Below, piece after piece: positions 1-12,400 of a DNA stretch of 64,000 nucleotides. Source of the stretch: Mobula hypostoma (taxonomy: Eukaryota); NCBI RefSeq assembly GCF_963921235.1, contig NC_086101.1, positions 5,272,001 through 5,336,000 of the forward strand, in the 5' to 3' direction. A program made the position numbers and the translations under genes. Positions within the stretch are counted from its first letter, which is position 1; each line of letters begins with the position of its first letter. The notes below the pieces were generated by a model, which searched no databases, was not told where the DNA came from, and worked only from the letters and a program-made list of their open reading frames with translations.

Positions 1-19
1 AGCACACCAACAGTACAGG

Positions 20-300
20 CAATGTGCAAAAGGCAACTAATTGTGTAAATGCAAAAAGAAAGAAATAATAATAATATTAATAATAAATAAATAAGCAATT
101 AATATCAAGAACATGATCTGAAGAGCCCTTGAAAATGAGTCCATTGGTTCTGGGTGGTGGTTCCTGCTGGTTGAGGGCTGATAACTGTTCCTGAACCTGT
201 TGGTGTGAGTTCTGAGGCTCCTGTACCTCCTGCCTGATGCAATACACTCTCCACCACACTTCCACAGAAGTTTGTCAAAGTTTTGGATGTCATGCCAAAT
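20..300 (-). mobile_element. Degraded Rex1/Babar-type LINE 3' fragment
   Basis: Minus strand reads [19 protein letters not shown], the C-terminal motif shared with other copies in the window. Confidence 0.55.
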
Positions 301-654
301 CAGTTAGTTTTTTGTAAAATTTATTGAATTTCTTTTTTCCCTGTAAATACCTGTAAGAATCCCAATGTAGTATATAGTGACATATATATATATACATACA
401 CACCTTGATAATACATTTAACTCTGACTTTGACTGCTGGGAGTACATGTCCAACTCTCAGCACTATGGGATTCCTCAGCTGAACTCCCACTAACAGGAAT
501 TCAGAGGGATTTTCTAGAGGGTTCCCTACTAATGGGGCAGTCCAACACAAAGAGAAAATGTTTAAAATTGATAGAGGAGCTGATGGCCGTTCAGCCCATG
601 TAAGAGTATAGAAAAGATTAATCTGGCCTTTTAGCCTGGCTGCCAGATTAGGGG

Positions 655-720
655 TTGGCATGGTAACGCAGCGGTTAGTGTAACGCTATAATGGCACCAG
701 CAACCTGGGTTCAATTTCCT
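655..720 (+). mobile_element. tRNA-derived SINE head (V-SINE-like); body resumes at ~1755-1835 after a Penelope insertion
   Basis: A-box-like ggtaacgcagcggtt and B-box-like ggttcaatttcc; downstream ccagtttcccccacattcaaaagacgt resembles the V-SINE core. Confidence 0.55.
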
Positions 721-721
721 C

Positions 722-1755
722 TCACAAACAAGAGAAAATCTGCAGATGCGGGAAATCCGAGCAACGCACACAAAATGCTGGAGGAACTCAGCAGGCCAGG
801 CAGCATCTGTGGAAATGAGCACAGTTGACCTTTCGGGCCAAAACCCTCCGGCAGAACTGGAATAAAGAAGCTGAGGAGTAGATTTGAAAGGTGGGAGGGA
901 CGGGAGAGAGAAACGCCAGGAGATAGGTGAAACTTAGAGGGGGAGGGATGAAGCAAAGAGCTGGGAAGTTGGTGAAAGAGACAGAAGGCCATGGAAGAAA
1001 GAAAAAAGGGGGGAGGCGATGGGCTGGCAAGGAGATAACATGAAAGAGGGTAAAGGGGATGGGAAATGGTGAAGTTGGGGGAAGTTTGAGAAGTCAATGT
1101 TCATGCCATCAGATTGGAGACTACCCAAATGGAATATAAGGTGTTGTTCCTCCAACCTAAATGTGGCTTTATCACGATAGCGGGGGAGGCCATGGATGGA
1201 CATATCGGAATGGGAATGGGAAGCGGAATTAAAATGGATGACCACTGGAAGATGATGCTTGTTCTGGTGGACATAGCGTAGATGCTCAGCAAAGCAGTCT
1301 CCCAATCTACATCGGGTCTCACCGAGGCTACACCGGGAGCACCGAACACAGGATATGACCCTAACAGACTCACAGGTGAAGTATTGCCTCACCTGGAAGG
1401 ACTGTTTGGGGCCCTGAATGGTAGTGAGGGAGGAGGTGTAGCACTTGTCTTGCTTGTGAGGGTAAACGTCAGGAGGGAGATCAGTGAAGAAAGAGGAATA
1501 GACAAGGGAATCGCATAGGGAGCGATCCCTGCAGAAAGTTGGGGGGGGGGGAAGAGAAAGACGTGTTTGGTGGTGATGCTCTTACCCCATCCTCCCTCTA
1601 TCCTACCAAGGATAGGGTTCCTCTTGTCCTCACCTACCACCCCGCCAGCCTCCGTGTCCAGCACATAATTCTCCAAAACTTCTGCCACCTCCAACGGGAT
1701 CCCACCACCAAGCACATCTTTCCCTCTTCCCCCCCCCCCCGCACTTTCTGCTTTC
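722..1755 (-). mobile_element. Penelope-like element fragment (GIY-YIG endonuclease end plus terminal repeat), with an inverted segment at ~1575-1755
   Basis: Minus ORF FTCES...CSRC...GETRCRLGDCFAEHL...HFN...EEQHLIFHLGSLQSDGMNIDF; plus-strand KDRVPLVLTYHP...; 1530-1575 is the reverse complement of ~1702-1750. Confidence 0.85.
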
Positions 1756-1849
1756 CTCCAGGAGTTCCAGTTTCCCCCACATTCAAAAGACGTCCCGGTT
1801 AGTGGGTTAGTTGGTCACATGAGTGCAATTGGATATTTTGTAAGTGACA

Positions 1850-2210
1850 GTAACTTTATTCAGAGAACACATTTTGTACAGATGATATAATTCAAAGTGC
1901 TTTACAATGGGATAAAAATTCAAACATGAAAGGTAAAATTAAAAAATAACGATAACTCTGAATGTAAAAGACAAAAAAAGATGTTAGTTAAAAGCAAGGT
2001 TGGATAAATAGGTTTTGTGCTGAAGTTTAAAGGTATCAATGAATCTGCTTCCCTTATAGCTTTAGGTATTGAATTCCACAGTTTAGGAGCGTAGTTCAAA
2101 ACAGCTGACCTGCCAATTATCTCTTAAGGAAGATTGTTTAAGTTAAGAGACTGGCAGAAGAAGATCTGAGAGCTTGAGCTCTCAAAGTAGTTTGGGACGT
2201 CTTGAGATCC
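1850..2210 (-). mobile_element. Old LINE (L2-like) 3' end
   Basis: Minus strand has ctgtggaattca, ttgtaaagcactttga and aataaag, typical of L2-type 3' ends. Confidence 0.5.
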
Positions 2211-2639
2211 ACTGAGTGCAGCCCCGCTCCCAGTAACATTATCTCATCAGTCCCTTCCTCGTTTCTCTCCACATACATGTGCAGATTATATTCTCTCTAA
2301 TTCCCTGTCGGAACCCTGACGAATTATGGGCTCGTACTCTCCCTCCAAGGGTGTGACTGAAGGGGTGGGGTGGAGGAGAGGAGGGTGCTGGGCTGGCAAG
2401 GTTGGAGGGTGATGCGGCAGATGGACTGGTGGGAGCTCGGGTGAAGGAGAAGGGAGGTTGAGGTTCACGGTGGGTGAGTAGAGTGAAAGGCAGTTGGGTG
2501 AGAGCAGTAGAGATGGGTGGGGAAGTGGACACTGCTGTCTCTTTCCCTTTTCCCTGTAAGGAGACGGATGGGATGAAGGGTTTGGGCAGGCGGGGCTGGG
2601 ATGGGCTGAGGTCACACCCCTCCAACATGAAACCAATTC

Positions 2640-5400
2640 GGAAGGCAGAGGTTATATACATCCCAAAGAGGAAGAAGTATTCTAAAGGCAGGACAAGGGA
2701 AATCAACAACAGCATAAAAGCAAATGAGAGGGCATACAATACAGCATAAATTAGTCGGATCCTGACCCAGATCTGGGCCGTACCCTCCAAATATCCGGAC
2801 CTGCCTCTCAGTTTTTTTGCACTACCTTACATTCCATTTTTCTATTTTCTATTTATGATTTATAATTTAAATTTTTAATATTTACTAATTTTTTACTATT
2901 TTTAATATTTTTAATATTTAATATTTGTAATCCAGGGAGTGGGAAGCGCAGAATCAAATATTGCTGTGATGATTGTACGTTCTAGTACCAATTGTTTGGC
3001 GACAATAAAGTATAAAGTAAGTTAGAGGAGTGGGAAGCTTTTAAAAACCAGCAGAAAGCAACTTAAAAACCATAAGGAGAGAAAAGATTAAATAGGAAGG
3101 TAAGCTAGCAAATAATAACAAAGAGCATTTCAGATATATAAACAGTAAAAAAGAGGTGAGGGTGTATATCAGACCGCTGGAAAATGCTGCTGGAGAGGTA
3201 GTAATGGGGCACAAAGAAAGGGAAGATAACCACAATATCTTTTGCATCAGTCTTCACTGTGAAAGACAGAAATTCGAGAGTGTCAGAGGGCAGTTATTAC
3301 TAAGGAGAAGCTGCTTGGAAAGCTGAATGGTCTGAGGGTAGATAAATCACCTGGACCAGATGGTGTACACCACAGGATGCTGAACGAACTAGCTGTGGAG
3401 CCATTAGCAATGATCCTTCAGGAATCACTAGATCCTGGAATAGTTCCAGAGGACAGGAAAATTGCAAATGTCACTCCACTCTTTAAAAAGAGTGAGAAGC
3501 AGGAAGGAAGGAAATTATAGGCCAGTTATTGTGACTTCAGTGGTTGGGGTACTTGGAGGCCAAAATCAGCACGGTTTCCTGAATGGGAAGACCTGACAGG
3601 AAAATCTGTTGGAATTCTTTGAGGAAATAACATGCAGGGTAGGCACAGGATCGTCAGTGGATGTTGTTTACATGGATTCTCAGAAGGCTTTTGACAAGTT
3701 CCGTACATGAGGTTGCTTAACAAGTTAAGGGCCCATTGTGTTACAGGAAAGATAAAAATAGAGCATTGGCTGACTGGTAGGAGGCAAAGAGTTGGAATGA
3801 AGGGAACTTTTTCTGGTTGGCTGCCGGTGGTGGTGTGGTTCTGGTTAGCTGCCGGTGGTGATGTGGTTCTGGTTTGCTGCTGGTAGTGGTGTGGTTCTGG
3901 TTGGCTGCCGGTGGTGGTGTGGTTCTGCTTGGCTGCCGGTGGTGGTGTGGTTCTGGTTGGCTGCCGGTAGTGATGTGGTTCTGGTTTGCTGCCGGTAGTG
4001 ATGTGGTTCTGGTTGGCTGCCGGTGGTGGTGTGGTTCTGGTTGGCTGCCGGTGGTGATGTGGTTCTGGTTGGCTGCCGGTAGTGATGTGGTTCTGGTTGG
4101 CTGCCGGTGGTGGTGTGGTTCTGGTTGGCTGCCGGTGGTGATGTGGTTCTGGTTGGCTGCCGGTGGTGGTGTGGTTCTGGTTGGCTGCCGGTGGTGGTGT
4201 GGTTCTGGTTGGCTGCCAGTGGTGATGTGGTTCTGGTTGGCTGCCAGTGGTGATGTGGTTCTGGTTGGCTGCCGGTAGTGATGTGGTTCTGGTTGGCTGC
4301 CGGTGGTGGTGTGTTTCTGGTTGGCTGCCGGTGGTGATGTGGTTCTGGTTGGCTGCCGGTAGTGATGTGGTTCTGGTTGGCTGCCGGTGGTGGTGTGGTT
4401 CTGGTTGGCTGCCGGTGGTGGTGTGTTTCTGGTTGGCTGCCGGTAGTGATGTGTTTCTGGTTGGGTGGTGCTCCACAGGGGTCGGTGTTGGGACTGTGTC
4501 TTTTTACATTATAATGTCAATTATTTGGTCAATGGAATTAATGGCTTAGATAGAAGGACTTAGACAGATGAGGAGAATGGGCAAAGAAGTGGCAGATGTA
4601 ACGTAGTGTAGGGAAGAGTACGGTCATGCTCTTTGGTGGAAGGAATGAAGGCATAGACTATTTTCTAAATGAAGAGAAAAGTCAAAAATCTGAAGTGCAG
4701 AGGGACTTGGAGGTCCTTGCACAGGATTCCCTGAAAGTTAACTTGCAAGTGGAGCTGATGGTAAGGAAGGCAACTGCAATGTTGGCATTCATTTCAAGAC
4801 GACTAGAATGTAAGAGTAAGTATGTGACACTGAGGCTTTATAAGGTGTTGGTCAGAGTGCACTTGGAGTATTGTGAGCAGTTTTGGCCCCCTTATCTAAG
4901 AGATGATGTGCTGGCGTTGGAGAGGGTCCAGAGGAGGTTCACGAGAATGATTCCAGGAGTGAAAGAGTTAACGTATGAGGAGTATTTAATGGCTCTGGGC
5001 CTGTATTTGCTGGAGTTTAGAAGAATGAGGGGGGAGCTCTTTGAAACCTATCAAATATTGAAAGGCCTGGGTAAGTGGATGTGGAGAGGATGTTTCCTGT
5101 AGTAGGGGAGTCTAAAACCAGAAGGCACAGCCTCAGAATAGAGGGGTGTCCATTTTGAACGGAGATGAGGAGGAATTCCTTCATCCAGAGGGCGTTGAAT
5201 CTGTGGAATTCTTTGCCACAGGGGGCTGTGGAGGTCAAATCATTGGGTTGATAGGTTCTTGATTAGTCAAGGTGTCAAAGGTTACAAGGAGAAAAGCAGC
5301 AGAACAGGGTTGAGAGGGATAATTAATCAGCCATGATGAAATGGTGGAGCAGACTTGATGGGTCAAGTGGCCTAATTCTGCTCCTATGACTTATGGTCTG
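2640..5400 (+). mobile_element. Degraded CR1 LINE ORF2/3' end, interrupted by a LINE 3' fragment (~2752-3018) and a minisatellite
   Basis: Remnants [47 protein letters not shown]1 3' UTR (ggcctaattctgctcctatg). Confidence 0.9.
3811..4463. repeat. 28-bp minisatellite, ~23 copies (ttctggttggctgccggtRgtgRtgtgg)
   Basis: Direct reading; accounts for the periodic ORFs at 3526-4549. Confidence 0.95.
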
Positions 5401-5650
5401 ATGGACTTATGAGTAGGATGGCAGGGTAACGGTTCAGGAATGGGTTGGTGTGAAGGGGGTGTGAGCAAGGGTTTGAGAAATGGGGGAAGGTGAGGCTGCA
5501 GATGATTGATGGAGCTCAGATGAAGGGACAGGGCAGTGGTAACAAGGGATTGAGGCTCATGGTGGGTGAGTTGGGGAGTGGACAGAGGGGATGGGTGGAG
5601 GTGGATTCTCCACGGGTGATGGTGACTCACTCCCGTCCTCCCCCCTGCAG

Positions 5651-5926
5651 GTTTGGTTTCAGAATGCCCGAGCCAAGCTTCGGAAGAGCCTGTTGCAGGA
5701 GGAGAACACGGACAGCGACACGGTGCCCGAGATCCAGGAGGCGGCCCGCTCCCCCGGCACGCAGCCAGCCCCAGGACCGCTGGGACCCCCCAGCCCCCTC
5801 TTCTCCATCCAAGGCAGCCCCCTTCCACCAAACCCCCAGCCCACCATGGCGCCCATCTTCCTGAACGTCGACCCCAGCAAGTCCGATGAGCCCCTGCGGA
5901 CCATTGATCACAGCAGCCTGTGCTGA
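5651..5926 (+). CDS. Terminal coding exon of an Lhx2/Lhx9-like (apterous group) LIM-homeobox gene; homeodomain helix 3 plus C-terminal tail, 91 aa + stop
   Basis: Polypyrimidine acceptor (ccgtcctcccccctgcag|) followed in phase 0 by VWFQNARAKLRKSLLQEENT..., resembling Lhx2/9 VWFQNARAKFRRNLLRQEN with the same intron position before VWFQN. Stop TGA ends at 5926. Upstream exons not seen in 1-5650. Confidence 0.85.
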   Translation, partial: VWFQNARAKLRKSLLQEENTDSDTVPEIQEAARSPGTQPAPGPLGPPSPLFSIQGSPLPPNPQPTMAPIFLNVDPSKSDEPLRTIDHSSLC

Positions 5927-7269
5927 TGGCGGCTTTCAGCGTCGTGGGTGTGGGGGGGAGCGGAGAGTTGGGGTCAGTGCCTCCCAGCCCCTCTCACTGT
6001 GAGGGCTAAACTTTGGGGTATTTAAAGCAGAGGCTAAGATCTCACAATGGGGGAGGGCGTAGAAAGGAAGAAAAAGACCAGTCTTATTTGCGACTTGTCC
6101 ATTGAAACATCCAGACAGAGGCTGAGCGAGCGAGGGCTTTTCTCTCTGGAGCCACGGAGGACAAGAGGCAACGTGATGAAGATGGTCAAGTTGAAAAGAG
6201 AATTAGATTGGATGGATATCCAAAGGCCTTCTCCCAGGTGGAAATGGGTAATACAAAGGGCAGAATTTTAAGGTGTTTGGAAGAAAGTATAGGGGGGATG
6301 CCAGAGGTAGTTTCTATTTTACACAGAGTGGTGGGTAATACAAGGGGAAAGAACTTTAAGGCGATTGGAGGAAAGTAAAGGGGGGATGTCAGGGGTAGGT
6401 TCTTTACACAGAGTGGTCAGTGTGTGAAACGAGCTGCCCGGGATGGTGGTAGAGGCGGATACATTAGAGATGTTTAAGAGACTTTTAAGGTAGGTATGTG
6501 AATGATAGAAAAGTAGAGGGTTATGTGGGAGAGAAGGACTAGATTGACCTTAGAGTAGGGTAAAAGGTCAGCACAACACTTTGGGTCAGGGGGCCAGTGC
6601 TGTGCTGTACTGTTCTATGTTCTGTGTTCTTACAGTGAAATGGATGGCCTATTGTATGTGTGATGTGGAAGACTAAATCTGATGGGCCATTGATGTATTG
6701 GGATGAACAAACAGCCACTGGGCAGTCAGGCCGACGCTCTGATCTGCACGCTATGAATTCCACCGGCTCTTCCGAGGCAGGTTGTAGTATCCTGTCACCT
6801 GTCCCAGTCCTCGGTCCCGCAGCTGACATCCCTCAGGCTGCAGGAGTGGGGCAGGGACTGCTCTTTCCTGGAACTCTCCCGTCAGTGTACTGGGGCTTTC
6901 TGGATGCCTTGAACCCCCAAAGGTTGTGGGATCAGTCTACTGGTTAGTGGTGGTTGAGGAACTCGGGACAAAATCAGAATCAGAATCATCAGAACAAGCA
7001 AATTACTGACTATTTGTTGTTTTGTTTAACACAGAACACAGAAAAAGTAATGCAGAACACAGAACATAGAGTATAGAACTCAGAACACAGAACATAGACC
7101 AAACTTTGCAACTGCTGGCTTTGTGGCCAACTTCACAGATGATATGGAGATAGGTGGAGGGGAAGGTAGTGTTGAGGAAGCAGGGAAGATGGATTAGGAC
7201 GATGTGTAAAGAAGTGGCGTATGGAATATGGAATACTGTGTTGGGAAGTGTACGGTCGTGCACTTTGGT

Positions 7270-7818
7270 AGTCATAGTCATAGTCATACTTTATTGATCC
7301 CGAGGGAAATTGGCTTTCGTTACAGTTGCACCATAATAATTAAATAGTAATAAAACCATAAGTAGTTAAATAATAATATGTAAATTATGCCAGGAAATAA
7401 GTCCAGGACCAGCCTATTGGCTCAGGGTGTCTGACCCTCCAAGGGAGGAGTTGTAAAGTTTGGTGGCCACAGGCAGGAATGACTTCCTATGACGCTCTGT
7501 GCTGCATCTCGGTGGAATGAGTCTCTGGCTGAATGTACTCCTGTGCCCAACCAGTCCATTATGTAGTGGATGGGAGACATTGTCCAAGATGGCATGCAAC
7601 TTGGACAGCATCCTCTTTTCAGACACCACCGTCAGAGAGTCCAGTTCCATCCCCACAACATCACTGGCCTTACAAATGAGTTTGTTGATTCTGTTGGTGT
7701 CTGCTACCCTCAGCCTGCTGCCCCAGCACACAACAGCAAACATGATAGCACTGGCCACCACAGACTGGTAGAACATCCTCAGCATCGTCCGGCAGATGTT
7801 AAAGGAGATCAGTCTCCT
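7270..7818 (-). mobile_element. Rex1/Babar-type LINE 3' part inserted in a CR1 fragment
   Basis: ORF 7414-7881 (FYQSVVASAIMFAVVCW...SHPLH...RKSFLPVATKLYN); (actatg)n tail at ~7270-7288. Confidence 0.85.
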
Positions 7819-9359
7819 GACATAAAGACATAGACTATTTTCCAAACAGGGAGAAGAGGAAGGCAAATGCAACATTATCATTCATTTTAAGATGACTAGA
7901 ATATAACAGGAAGAATGTGATGCTGAGGCTTTGTAAGGTGTTGGTCAGACCGAACATGGAGAAGATATGGGTATATTTAGAGGGGTTTGATAGGTTCTTG
8001 CTTAGTCAGGACATCAGAGGATATGGGTGGAAGGCAGCAGAATGGGGTTGAGAGGATGCAACATCAGAATCAGATTTAATCTCACTGACGTCATAAAATA
8101 TGTCGTTTTGCAATACACAATAAAAATGTAAATTACAAGAAATACATAAATTAAATGAGTTGTACCAAAAGAGAACAAAGAAAGGTAAACAATGTAGTGA
8201 GGCAGTGTACATGGGTCGTTGGTGCTGGGGAGGTTGGTGCCCTCGATGGGGCTGGCCCCTTGCTACCAGGCGGTGCTACAACCAGACAGAATGCTCTTCA
8301 TGGAACACCTGGAGGAATTCGTGAGTGTCTTTGGTGACACATCAGATCTCCTCAAACTCCTGTTGAAATACAGCCGCTGTTGTACGTCCTTTGTAACTGC
8401 ATGGATATGTTGGGCTCAGGACAGATCTGCAGAGAACATAGAGAATGTATGCAGAATATAGAGCATTACAGAACAGTACAGGCCCTTTGGCCCACAATCC
8501 CGTACTGATCCTTTAACGTACTCCGAGATCCAACCCTTCTCTTCCACGTAGCCCTCCATATTTCTACCATCCATGTGCCTAACCGAGAGTCCTTAATGTT
8601 TAGTTCTCATCGAATTCGTATTCAATTCTGAGAATAACTGTGGACCATGTGAAAGGTGGACCTTAAAGTAATTTTTAATCACTAACTGAAAAGATGTGAG
8701 GTAAACCAAAGGGCTAAAATGGACAAGTCCACTGGAAGCTGGTGTCCTTTGTCATAGGGTTTTAAAGAGAACATCTGCAGGGATAGTGAATCAAATATTG
8801 TCATCTATTAAGGTCCCTTTGATTAGAAACATAGAAAGCCTACAGCACAATACAGGCCCTTCGGCCCACAATGCTGTGCTGAACATGTACTTACTTTACA
8901 AATTACTTAGGGTTACCCATAGCCCTCTATTTTTCTCAGCTCCATGTACCTATCCAGGAGTCTATTAAAAGACCCTGTTGTATCTGGGTTCTGGCCTGAA
9001 ACGTCGACTCATCATTTCCACGGATGCTGCCCAACCTGCTGAGTTCCTCCAGCGTGTTGTGAGTGTTGCCTATCATATCCGCCTCCACCACTGTCACTGG
9101 CAGTCCATTCCACACACTCACCACTCTGTGTAAAAATCTTACCCCTGACATCTCCTCTGTACCTACTTCCAAGCCCCTTAAAACTGTGCCCTCTTGTGTT
9201 AGCCATTTCATCCCCGGGAAAAAGCCTCTGACTATCCACACGATCAATGCCTCTCATCGTCTTGTACACAAAGATTCCGGAGAGATATCAAAGAATCAGA
9301 AAGGAAGAAATGTAGCTTCTTTATTGATGACAAAAAGGGGACAGATAACAAGAAATTAT

Positions 9360-9930
9360 AAACACAAGAGAGCTGCAGATGCTGGGCATCCAGAGCAACA
9401 CACACAAAATGCTGGAGGAGCTCAGCAGGCCAGGCAGCGTCTATGGAGATGAATAAACAGTTGACGTTTCAGGACGAGGCACTTCTTCAGGACTGGAAAG
9501 GAAAGGGGAAGATGCCAGAATAAAAAGGTGGGGGGCAGGGTGAAGGAGGACTAGCTAGAAGATGATGGTGAAGCCAGGTGGGTGGAAAAGGTAAAGGGCA
9601 GGCAAGGAAAGAATCTGATAGGAGAGGAGAGAGAATGGTGGGAGAAAAGGAAGGAGGAGAGGAACCAGGAGGAGGTGATAGACAGGTGAGGAGAAGAAAT
9701 GAAAGAGGTGCTGGAGTGGGGAATTGAAGAAGAGGGAAGGGGGAAGAGGATAAATCACTGGAAGCTGGTGAAGTGGATGTACATCTTATTCTGGCATCCT
9801 TTTCAGTCCTGAAGTGGAGTCTTGGCCTAAAGCGTTGACTGCTTGTTCCTTTCCATAGATGCTGTCTGACCTGTTGAGGTTCTCCAGCATTTTGTGTGTG
9901 CCCCTCTGGATTTCTAGCATTTGCAGAACT
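9360..9930. mobile_element. Penelope terminal-repeat insertion with inverted arms
   Basis: ~9375-9522 is the approximate reverse complement of ~9787-9925. Confidence 0.75.
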
Positions 9931-10469
9931 CGTGTTTATGCAAAAAGAACGTTGATAGGTTAGGTGAGTTGGAATATATATTTGGAAAAAAGAACAAAAA
10001 TGCAAAATATTAGAGAATAGTCTACAGAAGGAATGTGGAGATTCAGATTCAGATCTATTTATCATGGGTACATTGAAGCATACAGTGAAATTCATCATTT
10101 GCATTAACAGCCAACACAACCTCAGGACGTGCTGGGGGCTGCCCACAAGTGTCACCACGTTCCAGCACTAACATGTCCATCATATTCAGCAGGACAACAT
10201 CAGCAGTAACAACAGTAAAACAAGCCCATTTCTTTCTTTCTCTATCCCTCTCCCTCTCCCTCTTCCAACCCCAGGATAGGACAACTGCTCTACACAGCCA
10301 TTAATTCTACCTCTCACCTAGACACATAGAACAGGAACAGGAACTTTGGCCCACAGTGTTGTGGCTAACCCACTAAATTATTAATCAAATGGTCAGCTGA
10401 ACTCTTTTGCCTACACAATGTCCGTATCCTTCCATTTTCCTCACATTCATGCGCCTATTTAAACATCTA

Positions 10470-10940
10470 TATAACCATATAACAATTACAGCACAGAAAC
10501 AGGCCATCTCGGCCCTTCTAGTCCATGCCGAACTCTTACCCTGTCCTAGTCCCACCAACCTGCACTCAGCCCATAACCCTCCATTCCTTTCCTGTCCATA
10601 TATCTATCCAATTTAACTTTAAACGCCAACATCGAACCTGCCTCAACCACTTCTGCTGGAAGCTCGTTCCACACAGCTACCACTCTCTGAGTAAAGAAGT
10701 TCCCCCTCGTGTTACCCCTAAACTTTTGTCCGCTAATTCTCAACCCATGTCCTCTTGTTTGAATCTTCCCCACTCTGAATGGAAAAAGTCTATCCACGTC
10801 AACTCTATCAATCCCCCTCATAATTTTAAACACCTCTATCAAGTCACCTCTCAACCTTCTACGCTCCAAAGAATAAAGACCCAACTTGTTCAACCTTTCT
10901 CTGTAACTTAGGAGATGAAACCCAGGCAACACTTTAGTAA
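10470..10940 (-). mobile_element. 5'-truncated CR1 3' end nested in an older CR1
   Basis: ORF 10546-10932 ([17 protein letters not shown]...FFTQRVVAVWNELP). Confidence 0.9.
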
Positions 10941-11106
10941 CATCTCTTAACTGTCCCTAATATTCCTGCCTCTGCCACCACCCCAGGTACCACATTCCAG
11001 GCCCCTCCCTCACATCTCCTTTGAAGTTACCCCCTCTCACTTTCAATGCATGCCCTCTTGTATTAGACATTTCAACCCTGGGGAAAAGATAGCGTCTGTC
11101 TAGTCT

Positions 11107-11306
11107 AATCACAAACAGGAGAAAATCTGCAGGTGCTGGAAATCCAAGCAACACACACAACATGCTGGAGGAACTCAGCAGGGCAGGAAAAGCGTACAGT
11201 CGACAGGTCCTGCTGAAGGGTCTCAGCCCAAAGCATCGACTGTACTCGTTTCCATAGATACTGCCTGGCCTGCTGATCTCCTCCAGCATTTTGTGTGAGT
11301 TGCTTG
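11107..11306. mobile_element. Palindromic Penelope terminal-repeat insertion
   Basis: Inverted arms caagcaacacacacaa.../...ttgtgtgagttgcttg; flanked by gtctgtcta(g/c)tcta direct repeat. Confidence 0.75.
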
Positions 11307-11824
11307 TCTGTCTACTCTATCAATGTCTCTTGTAACCTTATAAAACTGTCAGCTCTCCCTTCAGCCTTCACTGCTCCAGACAAAACTGCCCAAGTTTATC
11401 CAGCCTCTCATTCAACCTCTATCCAGGCAGCATGCTGGTAAACCGCTCCTACTGCCTCTCCAGATTCCCGACGTCCTCCCTACCATGGGGTGACCAGAAG
11501 GGTGTGCAATTCTCTAGGCGTGCCCTAATTTGAGTTTGATAAGGCTGCAACATAGCTCAGTGACTGGCCTAATAAAGGCAAGCACCCCATAAAGCCTCTT
11601 AACCACCCCCTCAACCTGTGTGGCCACTTTTCAGGAGCTATGGGGTGGATTTCGTGCAGGTGTGTAAGGTGCTACAGGATCTGCACCTTGCCTTTGGCAC
11701 GGTGTATTGGTCTCTGTAGGAAGGATATTTGGACATTACAGGTGATGCAGAGACAGTTGATTCCAGGTATGGAGGAGTTGATGACTGAAGAGCGGTTTAT
11801 AACTCAGGAGACTGAAAATATATG

Positions 11825-12400
11825 AACAACATACACAATAGTCTTCAGGTCAGGCAACATCCACGGGGGAAATGAATGGTTGACTTTACCTGTCTCTCCT
11901 CCTTCCCTTTCTCCCAAGGAAGTGAATGTCAATTTCTCCATCAGTGGTTCCTCCCCTTCTCTCTTTTTCCCATCCCAATTCTGGTTCCCCTCTCACCCCT
12001 TCTCTTCTCCTTACCTGCCCCTCATCTCCCTCTGGTGCCCCTCCTCCTTCCCTTTCTCCCACGGCCCATTCTCCTCTCCTGTCAGATTCTTTCTTCTTCA
12101 GCTCTTTACCTCTTCCATCACTCACTTCCCATCTTCTTGTTTCATTCCTCCCTTGCCCCCACCCACTAAACTCCTTCCTCACCTGGCTTCACCTATCATC
12201 TTCAAACTTGAGCTCCTTCCCGTCTTCCTCACCTCCTTATTCTGGCTTCCTACCCCTTCCTTCCTAGTCCCGACGAAGGATCTTGGCCAAAGATGTGACT
12301 GCTTATTCCTCTCCATAGGTGCTGCCCGACCTGCTGAGTTCCTGCAGCTTATTGTGTGTGATGTTCTGACCTCCAGCACCTGCAGAATCTCTTGTGTTTA
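11825..12400 (+). mobile_element. Penelope 3'/terminal repeat fragment with a short inverted arm at the left
   Basis: Pyrimidine-rich body and ...cctgctgagttcctgcagc...ccagcacctgcagaatc end shared with the other copies. Confidence 0.7.

Noticed and set aside
655..720. tRNA gene
   Set aside because: No complete cloverleaf; it continues into SINE body sequence, so it is a SINE head.
3811..4463. CRISPR-like array
   Set aside because: Units are head-to-tail with no unique spacers, no cas genes, and the context is eukaryotic. The same applies to the 33-, 37-41- and 80-bp arrays.
3526..4549. Long His/Thr/Gln-rich and Trp/Cys-rich repetitive ORFs
   Set aside because: Translations of the 28-bp minisatellite; no splice or codon evidence.
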